A stretch of DNA of 64,000 nucleotides, taken from the human T2T-CHM13v2.0 reference genome, Homo sapiens. The stretch is from the NCBI RefSeq assembly GCF_009914755.1, contig NC_060934.1; one strand, written 5' to 3'. Positions 27,430-41,555 of this stretch are shown piece by piece; position 1 is the first letter of the stretch, and each line of letters starts with the position of its first letter. The position numbers and the translations under genes were made by a program. The notes under the pieces are model-generated. The model saw nothing but the letters and a program-made list of their open reading frames with translations, did not search any database and was not told the origin of the DNA.

Positions 27430-27840
27430 TTTGTGTTAACAAAGGTGATGTCTAATAGCATTTTATAGTTTCCAACATATATTCACATGTTTATCTCAAG
27501 TAGACATAACTCAAGTGTGATTACACTGGTTTTATTCTAACTTCCGTTTTGTAATCTTGAAAATAGAGGCTCGGAAAGTTATCTTTATTTGCAAAATGAT
27601 GTGCAGAGGGGTAATGTAGTATTAGATTCTAACTCTATGGCAAACGACATCAAACCTCCTAGAAAAATTCCATTTACAGCTGATTAATTGCTTGTTAATC
27701 ACTTCCTGAATCTGGGAGGCTAAGATTTTAAAGACATGGAGAAGTTAGAAACAAAGAGAAAGGGCTAAAGAAAAGTTTCATTCTCTGACATTAAATGAGT
27801 AATAGTATTTTAAAAAATCTGACTGATTAAAAGTATATTA

Positions 27841-28141
<301 letters not shown>

Positions 28142-28556
28142 TTAAAAAAGTATATGTTTACCTTTCACTGGAAATACCAGACTAAACAGTAACAGTTACT
28201 TTAGAAATGAGATTATTGGCCAAGTAGTCACAAGCTGGTAGAAAGAAACCACCCAGCTTTTCCACAGAAGTTGATTGTGTGAAATTCTTAACTGAGTTAT
28301 AATTTTTAGAAGTTGATTCTGAGTAAATTTTTGCATAATTCTTTTAAAATTATACATAGAAGTCAGTTACCAATTTTTTGGTAAGAAATAGATCAAGACA
28401 GATAACTGTGGATTTTTCCAAAAGCCTCCTTATATTAGAAAGCTTGAATGGCAATTCTGATTAGTACTAGAAAATGACATGAGTTTTTGAAAGTAATATA
28501 TCTGGCATCTGGGGCTTTTTTATAAATCCAAACTTAATAAAGGACCTGTATGTGTG

Positions 28557-28934
28557 TGCTGTGGACTAACGTTGTACCCCCCGCCCACTCCAAATGCATA
28601 GGTTGAAGCCCTAGGCCCCATTGTGACTGTATTTGGAATCAAGGCCTTTAGGAAGTAATTAAGGTTAAATGAGGCCATAAGGGTGGGGCCCTAATCCCAT
28701 TAGATTTGTGTTCCTATAAGAGGAGGAGAAGACTCCAGGGAACTCTCTGTCCATCTTCTGAGGACACAGGGAGAAAGCAGCCCTTTACAAGCCAGGAGGA
28801 GAGCCCTCAATGAAAACAGAATCAGCTGGAATCTCGATCTTGGACTTCCAGCCTCCAGAACTGTGAGACATAAATTTCTGTTGTTTAAGTCATCCAGTCT
28901 ATCATACATTGTTATGGTAGCCTGAACTAAGGCA
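28557..28934 (+). mobile_element. MLT1A-like MaLR LTR
   Basis: tgctgtggact...gttgaagcccta...taattaaggttaaatgagg...ttggacttccagcctccagaactgtgagac. Confidence 0.9.
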
Positions 28935-29773
28935 GTATGTAAACAGTACACAATTTCCAGCCCTGTTAAATCTAGAACAGAAATTTCCATCTTTTACAAA
29001 TGGTGATTTTTTTTTAATTATTAGAACATTTTAAGGCCCTCCATACCATAGTTGTTTACTTCCAGTGGATTGGAAAATCACAGTATCAAGAATTACAGAA
29101 ATAATCAGTGGCTCTGAAAAATGAACATGCATTTTACCCACCACAATTATATTGTGCATTTGAAAGATAGTTGTGCACACATACGCAAGACCCATAATTT
29201 ATTCCGTTTATATAGAAAATGCATAGGGTCTCCAAGATTCTTATATTCCCTTCAACACATTTGTGAATTTCGCCTCCAACTTTGGGGCCAATCTACAATT
29301 TATCAACAAGGATGATTATGTAACAATGCAATTGATACCAGTGCTAATTGTAACTAGCTACCTGTACTAGGTATTCAAACACATGCTTTTATCTCTTTTA
29401 GTGAGGACCGCTTAAATCAGGCATAGGGTCTTCTGAGCTATACCTAGCAATCACTTTCTGTTTGCCTTTTGGCCAAAAGATCTTAGAAGCTTAGTTAAAA
29501 GGCTTTCCATGAGAGATCTAGTTCAACTCCTTCCTATACAGACTAAAGCCTGAAACTTACAGTGCCTATTTAGAGTCAGAAACTGTACTTCAACTCAAAT
29601 CTCCTCTGAGCTACATTATTGTAATGTTAATTTTATGTATTTTAGTAGAAATCTCATACATATTCTAAACATTTTTTTATCACATTTTTTGTTGGGTTTG
29701 TGAAGCCCTCAGAAATCCCTTGTAAGTTGGCAGTTCACCTAACTCTGCCTCAGATTCTCTTTCTGGCATCTTC

Positions 29774-29928
29774 TTTTTTTTTTTTAATTTTTATTTTTTA
29801 TTGTACTTTAAGTTCTAGGGTACATGTGCACAACGTGCAGGTTTGTTACATATATATGCATGTGCCATGTTGGTGTGCTGCACTCATTAACTCGTGATTT
29901 ACATTAGGTATATCTCCTAATGCTCTAT
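29774..29928 (-). mobile_element. L1PA4/5-like extreme 3' end
   Basis: ctttaagttctagggtacatgtgcacaacgtgcaggtttgttac...ggtatatctcctaatgct. Confidence 0.93.
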
Positions 29929-30406
29929 CTCATCACTCCATGCCTGGAAATAGTCTTTGGGGCTCATTCTTGAAAAGGTTCAAGGTTTGTACCAGGGAGT
30001 AGATAAATAAAGGTGTAGTACCTAAGTAAAAAATACACTCTATTTCATTTAATAAATGAACCAACATAAACACATACTAATATACCTCAAAATGCCTGTA
30101 GATCTAGGCAAGCACTTAACTGAGCTGTGTTAATTTTGTTATGAATTTGAAAGATCACAAGGGTATTGTGCTTTCATGGCCATATAGCTCACCCAACTCG
30201 GCATAGCAGAGAGGACAATCTCATCTATGAGAGAGATGGTTACTGGGAAAATGGAAACTGTTTTATAATGGAAATACCGCTGGAATCCTGTCTTTAATGT
30301 GTTGTACAGTATTCTGACCTTACAGTAAATTTACACACATACACACACCCCACTCTACTAATCTAACGTTTTTAGGAGGGTCACTTAACTAAACTCTTCT
30401 GAAGTA

Positions 30407-30703
<297 letters not shown>

Positions 30704-32370
30704 ATCATACCTAGAAAAGTCATACATAAGATATCGCTAGAGGGATAGACCATGCTGCAAATAGATCAAGTAGGTGAAAATTCTTGGGGAAATGATGAAG
30801 ATATGGGTAAACAACTGTAACAACATGGAAAAGATGTGCATAATGAGAGCTGGTGCAATAATCTGATATAACCAACAGGAGACAGATGGATTGAATTTAA
30901 TTCTTCTGACACTCTAACAGTAAATTGAATTGTATACCATGTAATTGTTCTTAGTATCTGAAGAAGGTATTAATGTAGTATTTGATGATGGGTACTGAAG
31001 TCTATTCAAAGCTAATATGTGATTGTTCTTATCATGCTGAAATTGTCTGGGCTTGATTTAAGGATGCTGAATACTTTATATTCTGTTCTTAGGCTTTTCA
31101 AATGTGTTTAAATAATGTTCATTTAATATAATTCTTTAGCAACCCAGTGAAAGAAAGCTAAATACTATCAATCATTCACTTTTTTTGATTAAAAAAATTA
31201 ATGTGACTTAATTATCTGTCCACACCTCACTCCCTATAGGTCACCTTCTAAGGTAATTGAAAAAGGTGGAGATTCAGGGGTGGGAACTTTATCTCACATT
31301 GCTTTCAATGAGGTCTGTTTCCAACCCAGCCAGGAGTCGTTACTCATTCCACTGGTCAGCTCTTTAAGTCCAAGACCCCTACCTTTTTCTGTATGATTTT
31401 ACTTCTGGCAAAAGAGGGAATCTATGTGCAGGAAAGGCCACACTGAAATGAACTGATTGGATAATTTACCTCACTAAAGTGACAGCTTGTTAGGGACCAA
31501 GCCAGTGAGAACTAGAGATCAGTTCACCTGTCTGCAAGTTTAATGTCTTCAACCACACTATATCTTCCTCCTCCCCTTGGTTCCTTCCTGATCTACCCAC
31601 AACTATGTGAGAATGTAGCTGTGTGTCCAGTTTACTGTCGATATAAATGAGAGAAAAAAGGAGATGATTTGGTGATGTTTCTATAAAACACTTACAGCAA
31701 AAAATCACTTTATAAAGATTTGAACTCCAATCTCTCATTCAAAATTTAGTGGAGATGTATATTTTACGGCATTTCTTTTAATGCTGATTTTATTTACGGC
31801 AATTAGTAAAAAAAATTGCACTCTACAGCAGTTAAGTTATCGAAGCTGGTATTCGAAAGAAAAGGTAATGGAAATTTATATATCAGCTGTTTCGCAGAGC
31901 AATTTTAGGTTATTGACCTTGAATCTCCATATTGAATATCTGATCTATAGTATGTTAAAGGATTCTTTTTTGAGAACTTTTCAAAGTACTTATGATAGAA
32001 ATTCTATAGAACTATTTACTGTGTATAGCATATGGCCTTGTGTCTCTTGATATATGTTGGCGGTTTGATTAAAAAAATCAACAATTAATACCTTTGAGCA
32101 TCTTCACATATTTTCTAAAGCTTTATATAGAGAAAAAGAAAAAAGTAGTTTGCATATAATGTGTTTATTATAAAAAAATTCAAATAATACAGATGAGAGG
32201 GAGGAGAATCCTAAATTCCATCATCCAGAATTAACCAGTCAATATAAGGTAAATGTCTTCCACCCATATCTTTAGACAAATTATCAGAGGAGAGAGAAAT
32301 AGGTGAGTAGAAATATACACATTCATATTTGAATAGATGTAACTTTCTAAAACTGAGATTATAGCATAAG

Positions 32371-33211
32371 TGCTGAGAAATAAAAATAAAATTCTAAGCA
32401 TCCAACCAGCTGAATCGACCTTTCTTGGCCAAGAGGACCTCAGAGAAACCTTAACAGCTGAGTTCTCGGCCATGGTGGGGTGGGAGGTCAGTCATGCCTC
32501 AGTGCGCCCCTTCCTCATTAACCTTTAACCAGAATTCTTTCTAAGGAATAAGCAGAAATCAGCTCTGGAAAACAAGAAACAGATGCCTCATTCCTTTATC
32601 ACCCTTAGCCAATCATCTGAGGCAGCGACTGGATTCCCTCTCCCACTTTGCTGTTTCCACATTACCACTCGCCAGTTTCCCAATGCACCCCTTCCTGAAA
32701 CTAGACTGCCACGTCTGGACAGATTTTCGCTGACTCAAGGAGGATGCCCAGTGAGATTTTTGGTGTCCTTGGCTTTACCTTTTGATGTTGGAGGGCCCAA
32801 AACTCCACCCTTGGATCATGCTAATACCATTTTTTGTACATGTGACCCTTGAAGAAGCACAAAGCTTGAATGCACTTGTACGTGTTTCTACTTTCATGAA
32901 TACTCATGACTCCTCCTGTAGCTTATTGAATATGTATACTCAGCTACCCTAATTAACATAAATCCTCGTCTTGCTCTCGACTTTTGCTGGAGGATACCCT
33001 TTCCATTGCAGGGTGGCCAGACTGTAGCTTGCAGGAGCTGCCTTGCAGAATGACTGGTAGCTCTCAGCTGGTTTGTGAGTGACTACATGAAATGCAATGT
33101 GAGATAAAGATCCTATCCCCTCCCTCACCTTTCCCAAGTTTATTAGAATTTGGAAGGGAGAAATAAAGCTTTCTTTCCAAATTTATGAACCTCATGATTC
33201 TTCAGTTGACA
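32371..33211 (+). mobile_element. MER39-family ERV1 solo LTR
   Basis: tgagaaataaaaataaaattctaagc...cttggccaagaggacctcagagaaacc start; aataaagc...ccaaatttatgaacctc...cagttgaca end. Confidence 0.8.
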
Positions 33212-34083
33212 ATACTATGTTTGAGGAAAATAATGGGCTTTCAGTGCCAGGTATACAACCTGAAGGCCACTAGTTGTAGACTAGTACCTTAAAAGGTTAC
33301 CTAAAACATTAAAATTTTGAGTTTACTATTTTTAAAACTTTATTTTTGTACTTTCCGATTTATCTGTCAGTTGCCTGCTATGAAACATTAGATAGTTATT
33401 TTTATATTTTCATGGTTGATAGTAATAGCATTCTGATTTATAACTATAATAATGAAATGGTCATTTTTCCCTTTACATAATTTTCTTGGAGACAGTGCTC
33501 ACCATCAGAAGATTTGCTATAGTTTCTCTCTTCCCATAGATAACCACATGCTGAATACAGCTAATAGTTACGGAATTTTTATTAGAGGTACATTGATCAC
33601 CCATTGGTTGATTTAGTGTATAGTTAGGCATTACATTTTTAAGTTCTTTTTGGTGGCATATTCTCTGTATATTTGTATGTGTTAGAAATATGTGTGTTGC
33701 CTATATAGTTAAATTACAACTTGACTGAACAAAAAAATTCTTGAGTCACAACTTTATTCTCTGAGATTGCATAAACATTGTTATTATCAGATATTATGGA
33801 GAGGTACCAGGTACCAGCTTATTGAATTTTTTTCCTCCATATAGATAACTCAATTTATCTTTCTAGAGGCCTATAAGATTTCCTTGTTTAATCTATTGAA
33901 AACCTCAGTAGGAAATTTTGTAGTACTCAAAATTCTATGGCAAATTTTCTTGAGACATGATGTGCAAATTCAAGTCTTAATCTCAGAAAAATATTTTTCT
34001 AATATATCTTTAATTGTTTTCTACAACAACTACGTATGCACCTGATCTCCTTTTTTTTCCCCTGCAATTTATGTGATGACTTT

Positions 34084-34476
34084 TGTCTTGTCAGCTTGAG
34101 ATGCCTTAACCAAAGATGACAGGCTAGGTGGCTTAAAGAACAGAAATATTTTTTCTCCCAGTTCTGGCAGGTAAAGGTCTCAAATCAAAGTGCCAGCTGT
34201 TTGGGTTCTTAGTGAGGGCTCCCTTTCTGGCTTATGGACAGCCTCCTTCTGTATCCTCACATGAGAGAAAAAGAGAATTAAAAAGAGAGGGAAGGAGAGA
34301 AAATGAATCTCATATCTCTTCTTACAAGGACACTAATCCTATTGAATAAGGACCCCACTCTTATGATATTATTTAACCTTAATTACCTTCCTAAAGACTG
34401 TCTCCAAATACAGGCACACTGGGCATTGGGGCTTCCATTTACGAATTTTAGCAACACCAACATTCAATCCATAACA
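34084..34476 (-). mobile_element. MLT1A-like MaLR LTR
   Basis: ggtggcttaaagaacagaaat...atttaaccttaattaccttcc...ctccaaataca...cattcaatccataaca. Confidence 0.88.
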
Positions 34477-36508
34477 TTCATCCCAGACATTTATTTCATT
34501 GTTCTTTTCCATTTCATGTTGTGTGTACCTCGGGGCTATTTCCTGTGTCCTGACTGGTAATTTAGTCATGCTTATTCTGGCCAGTAGTGGGTTCATCTCT
34601 GTAATTCTTTACCTGACTACTGCCAGTTCACTCTTTCTCTCCTGTTGTTATTTCATCGTGTCCTTTTGGTTTCTTATACCAGCATGTTTTTTTCTTAGAA
34701 CACAGGGAACTCTTTTATTAACTCTATTTCTGAGGAGTATAATTTTCACAAGTAGTATTTTAAAATAGATTTACCTTTAAATGAACTGTGTAGCCCTTGT
34801 GAAATCACTCTTATAAGGATGCAATATATTTGTTAAGACTTGGCAAGAACCATTCAAATTATAATCTTCCTTTATTAATTAAGGAATGATCTTCAAGTGG
34901 TGGCCCATTGATTCAATATTAAATAATCTTACTAAGAATTTTCATTATGTTTTAAGTATCCATGTATATCAAATGACTACTACACTGATAGTCATACAAT
35001 ATTTATTTGATCTTTTTTGTTTGTTTGTTTGTTTTGAGTTCTAAATGAAATGAAGCTGGAGTTCAAATATCATTACTGCATGAGGCAATGTGAGGCATTC
35101 ATAAACATTACCCCTCATAAAGTCAACACACCCATGCTAGAAAAGAAGGCAGCATTTGGGTTAGGAATGATGTAGATCGATTGCTACAGAATGGCTAAGC
35201 TGTAGTTATGATAACTTTTCCTCCGTATTTTTGGTGTAGGTCCTCTGTTTGTCTACAGCTGCACATTTCCATGCATTTTCGAGAAACATGGATTTATACG
35301 ATTTAATACCACACATGGTGCCACCTACTTTCTCTAACAGTTGGTTTCCTAAATGAATTGGCAACTAGGCATATCACAGTAGTGCTTTGTTTTATTTTCT
35401 ATGGTGTTAGAAATGCTTTACTTTTGAAAAGAAAATGAAAATCTTTGTACTCAAAGTGGCTTTTGACAACTCTTTAAGTGCCATTACTCCTAAAAAAGGA
35501 TAAGACGTGTTTTGAATACTTTACTAGTGCTAAAATGTCACATTTTTGAGAAATCTATTTTATGGTTTTTCTGAATATCTGAACCAAACACCTCTCTGGA
35601 ATTTAATAATGTGTGTCTCTGCATTCCTAAGTAAACAATAAATTGTCTTCCTTTTTGAATAAAAGTTGCCATGACAACTTGGCAAGCGTGGGCTCTAGAA
35701 GTCAAATACCAAGTTCTAGTATTTCGAAGATGTGATATTGTTTTTGGCAGGTCTGATTTAAGAAAAACTGAAGGTGTATTTTCACATAGTATGTCAGTGG
35801 TAGACTTCGTAATTAGACTAAATCGTGTATATTTTTGCAGGTAATTCATTATTTAAGCGCAATGATGTTCTTTATGATAACTTCAAGACTCTTTCTTAAC
35901 TAATCACAGAAATCCAGAGATTAAGGAAAATGCCAAGGTTATTTTATAAATGCTGATTTCAAAAATTATACTGAACTCAATTGTGAAATTTTGACACCTT
36001 AAAGAAAATATCTATTTTGTAATATTCCCTATTTATAGGGAAATTTTGCAGCATCATAAAATCTGTTATGTAATTCACCTAAAGATTACATCTTTAACCT
36101 CAATGTTCCTGAAATCTTTGTAATAATACTGTCAATAGGGAAAAAATTTAAATTTTGATTTAAACACCGTGAATATTTTCTTCCAAACCACCTTTTATAC
36201 CATTCCCTGAAAAATTAAATGAATTATTATTTTACATAATTTAATTTTTAATTTTTAAAAATTTTCAGTGAATGATATAAAGTGGTGGCTTTGAAGAAAA
36301 TAGTCAATGAAATGAATTCTAGGTGGCCTTGTTCAAAGTTGCTTAAGTTTGGTTGCAAGTAAAAAGACCTGTTTTTTCAGTTATGATTCTTTTCGTTGAC
36401 CATAACCTAATTCAAGGTGATTTAACAATAGAAAAAGATTCAAGGTTTCATGGAAGTGAACAAGTCCAGTAGTAGGTCACATCTAGATAGACTTGCGCAG
36501 GGATCTGG

Positions 36509-36643
36509 CTTTTTCCCCTTCCTTCCTTCCTTCCTTCCTTCCTTCCTTCCTTCCTTCCTCCCTCCCTCCCTCTCTCTCTTTTTCCTTCCTTCCTTCCTCT
36601 TTCTTTCTTTCCTTCTTTCTTTCTTTCTCTCTCTCTCTCTCTG

Positions 36644-36708
<65 letters not shown>

Positions 36709-36746
36709 TTTCTCTCTCTCTCTTTCTTTCTTTCCTTCTTTTTCTT
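36509..36746. repeat. Compound (TTCC)n/(CT)n/(CTTT)15 microsatellite derived from an Alu tail
   Basis: Pyrimidine tract with a perfect (CTTT)15 at 36645-36704, abutting the antisense Alu. Confidence 0.96.
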
Positions 36747-37022
36747 GAGTCTTTCTCTGTTGCCCAGGCTGGAGTGTAACAGCACGATCTAGGCTCACTG
36801 CAAACTCCGCCTCCCAAGTTCAAGCAGTTCTCCTGCCTCAGCCTCTGACTAGCTGGGATTACAGGCATCTGCCATCACGCCTGGCTATTTTTTGTATTTA
36901 TAGCGGAGACGGGGTTTCACCATTTTGGCTAGGCTGTTCTGGAACTCCTGACCTCAGGTGATCCACCCGCCTCGGCCTCCCAAAGTGTTGTGATTACAGG
37001 CATGAGCCACCGCGTCCAGCCT
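36747..37022 (-). mobile_element. AluSx-like SINE
   Basis: Antisense Alu body ending gagccaccgcgtccagcc. Confidence 0.96.
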
Positions 37023-37591
37023 GCAATTCTTTCTTTAGCTATGTGTTTGCCTCATCTTCAGACAGAATTTCCCCATAGTAGCAAAATGGAGCCAGTGATT
37101 CCAGGTCTCACACCCCCACATCTCCACAATCAGAACAAGGGAAATGATCACTTCTCTACCTAAATTCCTGAATGTCTCAGTAATTGCTCCTTCTTAGGTT
37201 ATCTGCTCATGCATGCCACCAACCACTGTGACCAGTGTAATAACATGAGCAAAATGGCTTGTGCCCAATGTCAAGGAAGGTTCCCACCTCCACATCTTCT
37301 GATGGTGAAGCCCAATATACACAGATGAGTAGTATACATACCGCGGACACATTCACAGTGTGTTTTACCCTCAGACAACCCAAACTATCCGTGTCATTAT
37401 GAGGTTCTGAAACAGAGGGAGGGCTGGAAACCCATTGAAGTTTCAGAGCTTTTGGGGGCTGCATGATCTTCCTTATTCTTTCTTTACATCTACTTTGTTC
37501 TTCTTTCTCTGCAGACCTTTCTTTTCTTTCACCAAGGTATACATATAATTTGTGTTCCATACCCAGAGTTTAATTGCAGATATACCTAGGG

Positions 37592-37872
37592 TTTTTTGTT
37601 TGTTTTGTTTTGTTTTTCTGTCTCCCAGGCTGGAGTGCAGTGGTACGATCTTGGCTCACTGCAACCTCTGCCTGCAGAGTTAAGCAGCTCTCCTACCTCA
37701 GCCTGTCAAGTAGCTGGGATTACAAGCACCCGCCACTGCACCCGGCTAATTTTTGTATTTTTAGTAGAGACTGTGTTTTGCCATGTTAGCCAGGCTGATC
37801 TCAAATTCCTAACCTCAGGTGATCCGCCCGCCTTGGCTTCCCAAAGTGCTGGGATTACAGGCATGAGCCACT
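37592..37872 (-). mobile_element. AluS SINE with (GTTTT)n tail
   Basis: Antisense Alu; TSD ctagggt. Confidence 0.94.
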
Positions 37873-37909
37873 GTGCTAGGGTCTTTATTACATAAAAAAA
37901 CTTACTGTT

Positions 37910-38209
37910 AACATTTAATCACTATTCTCAACATTTACACTTGGATCATAGTCTCTCTTTTAGTCATGAGGCAAAATCTATTTAGAATACTGCATAGAAT
38001 ATTCTTTTCCTTTTTGTAATCAGTTACATATATATCTTGATTGATGATTTGTTAAAAAAAAATACATGGGATTCATGTTTTGACTGGATTTCAGGAATAA
38101 TTTTATTATATTTAATTATCACTTAGATGATAAATGAATTACACAAAATTTACATCCCAAACCTTATTATTCAAATCATAGACCTATTTATTCAACATTT
38201 TTTCTTACA
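37910..38209 (+). repeat. Copy A of a ~300-bp local direct duplication
   Basis: About 88% identical (hand count ~34 differences) to 38803-39099. Confidence 0.93.
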
Positions 38210-38802
38210 TTTACCTGAATGTTTTAAAATATTTTTTGTCTACTAACTCCTCAAATTGATTTCATGGTTATAAAACATTGCAATCAGAATTAGCCAATAA
38301 TTATATAATTTTTCTGGATATTTCTCATCAAAATTGCCTCTTAAAACATTTACATCTCCTCACTGAGTGGGAACCATGAAGAATAAAGGCTTTGTGACAG
38401 GCACTAAGGTAACACCAACAATGAGAATTCAAATAAAAGTAGAATGTAGTAACTCAAATTAAAGGAAAAAATATATTGTGTCCATTTCTAGGACCATTAG
38501 CTGAAAGCAGGCCCTGATATAACCTTATTTTTAAAGAAAAGAAGTTTGAATTTGTTATTACTAATTGTAATTATACTTTAGGTTTTTAGTAAAAAGTTCA
38601 AAAGAGACATTTTTGTTCAAAAGGACCTTTTTGTTCTGGTGACAAATTAGATCTTTGTACCCAGTATATATTTCCTTCCAAGTCTTGTATATTTAACAAT
38701 TTCCTCTAAAGAAGACTACTAATTTTATACACACACAAACACACACACACATAAAATTCAAAACTTAGAAGGAAATACATATTGAAATTTTTAAATATGC
38801 AA

Positions 38803-39099
38803 AACATTTAATCATTATTCTCCACGTTTACATTTGGATCATAGTATTTCTTTTAGTCACAAGGCAAAATCAATTTAGAATACTGCATAGAATATTCTTT
38901 TCCTTTTTGTAATCAATTACATATATATCTCGATTGATGATTTGTGAAAAAATACATGGGATTTATGGTTTGCCTGGATTTCAGTAATCATTTTATTTTA
39001 TCTGATTAGCACTTAGATAATAAATGAACTAGACAAAATTCACATTCTAAATTTTATTATTCAAATCATAGAGCTATTTATTAACATTTTTTTCTTACA
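38803..39099 (+). repeat. Copy B of a ~300-bp local direct duplication
   Basis: Shares e.g. atttagaatactgcatagaatattcttttcctttttgtaatca exactly with copy A. Confidence 0.93.
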
Positions 39100-39238
39100 G
39101 TTCGTATGTGTGTGTGTGCACATTTACTTATTTAATCCAAATTCACTTCTCCTAGAGTATAGTTAAATCATTTTGCTCTTTTAAAAACTATTAATACTCT
39201 TGAGTTCAATAGGATTTTTTTTAAAGAATTGTAGGTAA

Positions 39239-39508
<270 letters not shown>

Positions 39509-39939
39509 TGAGTTTGATAATTAAATATTAGAATGGCCTTATCTGTGGTAATCGCTTTTCAAGTGTATTCAGTTCTGTAATTGTAATTTAGATTGACTAC
39601 TGCATATAAGATATTAAAGAAAATGAAATAGAATTGTTTTGATAAACTGCCATTAATTGAACCAATTTTCTCAGTATATCTGATGAATGTATATTGGATT
39701 CTAAATTGAGCTTTATCTTGGATTATTTTTAGTTTTCTTATAATCCATGAGTGTATAGAACATTTTTAAAAATTACTTGAATTTGGTATCTTCCCATTTA
39801 CATGGGTTTATTGCTGTTGGTCTTGGATTTAACCAAAGATTTAACCGAAGTCATTTATGACTTAGATAACATATATAGACCAAATTATGATCTTAAATGA
39901 AGACGTTTAATATAAAGAAAAATAATAAAATATAGAAAG

Positions 39940-40285
39940 CATCAGACTGATATTTTAAACCTGGACTCATTATTTCCTAAGTGTGTCTCCTGAAATAAAT
40001 AATTTAACTATTCTGAGGTGCTTTCTGCATGTGTAAACTGGAGATGAGAAGGAATATTAATACCAGCCTCCCTTTCCTTACATGGTCATAAATAGCCTAT
40101 TCAAGGGCCAGCCTGAATGCTCAAATGCATTAGCTTTTCCAATCTCCACAACAATCCTATGATTTAAATATTATTACATCACACATTGCAGATAAGAGAA
40201 CGGAGGAGTCTTGGAAAATTCAGATAACCTGCCCAAGGTCTCCACTAGAAAGTGGTAAACTGAGGTGTTAACCTAGGTAGCAAAG
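39940..40285. mobile_element. Two adjacent, oppositely oriented MIR remnants
   Basis: ctttctgcatgtgtaaactggagatg (+) and ccacaacaatcctatga...gcagataagagaacggagg...cctgcccaaggtc (-). Confidence 0.55.
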
Positions 40286-41555
40286 CTGATGCTCAAATTG
40301 TGTGTGTAAAATTTATCACACTTGGTTCTCAGAATGTTCTTTGGTCATCATTTTATGATAAATGCCAGATTTCACATTTTAAAGGGTATTTGGTTTTGCT
40401 GGCCTGGGTAACAGTGGTGATAGTGTCATTGATGAAGCCATGAGATGTTCAGTTAAGTATGACCTGAAGTGAAAAGAAAACAACTTTAACGTTTCAAGTG
40501 CTTTTGTCATTATTGATATAAACACAGGACTAATAGAGTCAATGGCTGAAGTTATTTAAAGAGGCATTGATTTGATAAATGTTAAATATCAAAATTTTTG
40601 GCAGTGGTCTTCCTTGTTTATATGTAGATGTTCCTGTTATCAGGAGATCCATTGCTAAAAGCTAAATGGAAATTAAGAATAGTATACCATGATGATTCAC
40701 TGAATTTTCGGTGTAGAGCACATGCTTTCTGCGTCTGAGAAGCAAATGAAGTAGCTGCCTTTCCTTGCTAAATTCCATCATCCACCCCCACCCCAGTTTT
40801 TTCTATATTCAGGCAACCCCAGGTAGGCAAGATGACAGATTTAGAAATAATTCACAGTGGAATTTCCAACAGATTGTCAAAAGAAGAGAAAATGATAAAG
40901 ATTAGATTTTAACAATGTCTTTCTGAGATCTATTGCATTTGACAACCTTCCTACTATGGCATTTATAGTGTTTAATAGCATAAAATATACTTCGTGGAAT
41001 TTTGAATGTTGGTGTATGCACATGGAGATTCTGTGACGTGGCCTAGTCCTAGTGTCAGCCACTATGGGTGACATCTATAGGCAGAGAAAGGAGTTCCTCA
41101 GTTAAAGTATTAGCTGATTTCTTCTTCTGTACAAATATGGCTACCATCTGTCTCCTCTGTGCCGCCCCCCAAGGTAAGACAGTTTGTGTCCTGCCTCTCC
41201 TTAAAGAAGCCTGTTCTCTTTGCAATAGGTTTTACTTGGTTGCCTTGTGACAGCTCTCTGATTGTGTCATGAAAAATGATAATACTGTAGACAGTCCATT
41301 TTTTTCTTATTGTTAGTGTGGCAGTGACGTTGTTGCTTTTAACACTTGAGGTTGCCTCATACATAAATGGAAGGACTTGAACTTCTGGTTGTAACTTACC
41401 TGGTGCTCTTTATGTTGATTGTTAAATATATACAATTGTTAGAGGTTTTTATTTTAGATACCCTGCCATTGTCATAGCTTGGGTTCTTGGTTACCCATGA
41501 GTATTGAAGCCATTAACAAACATTTCTTCAGAGTTAGAAATTGGTGGAAAAAGCT

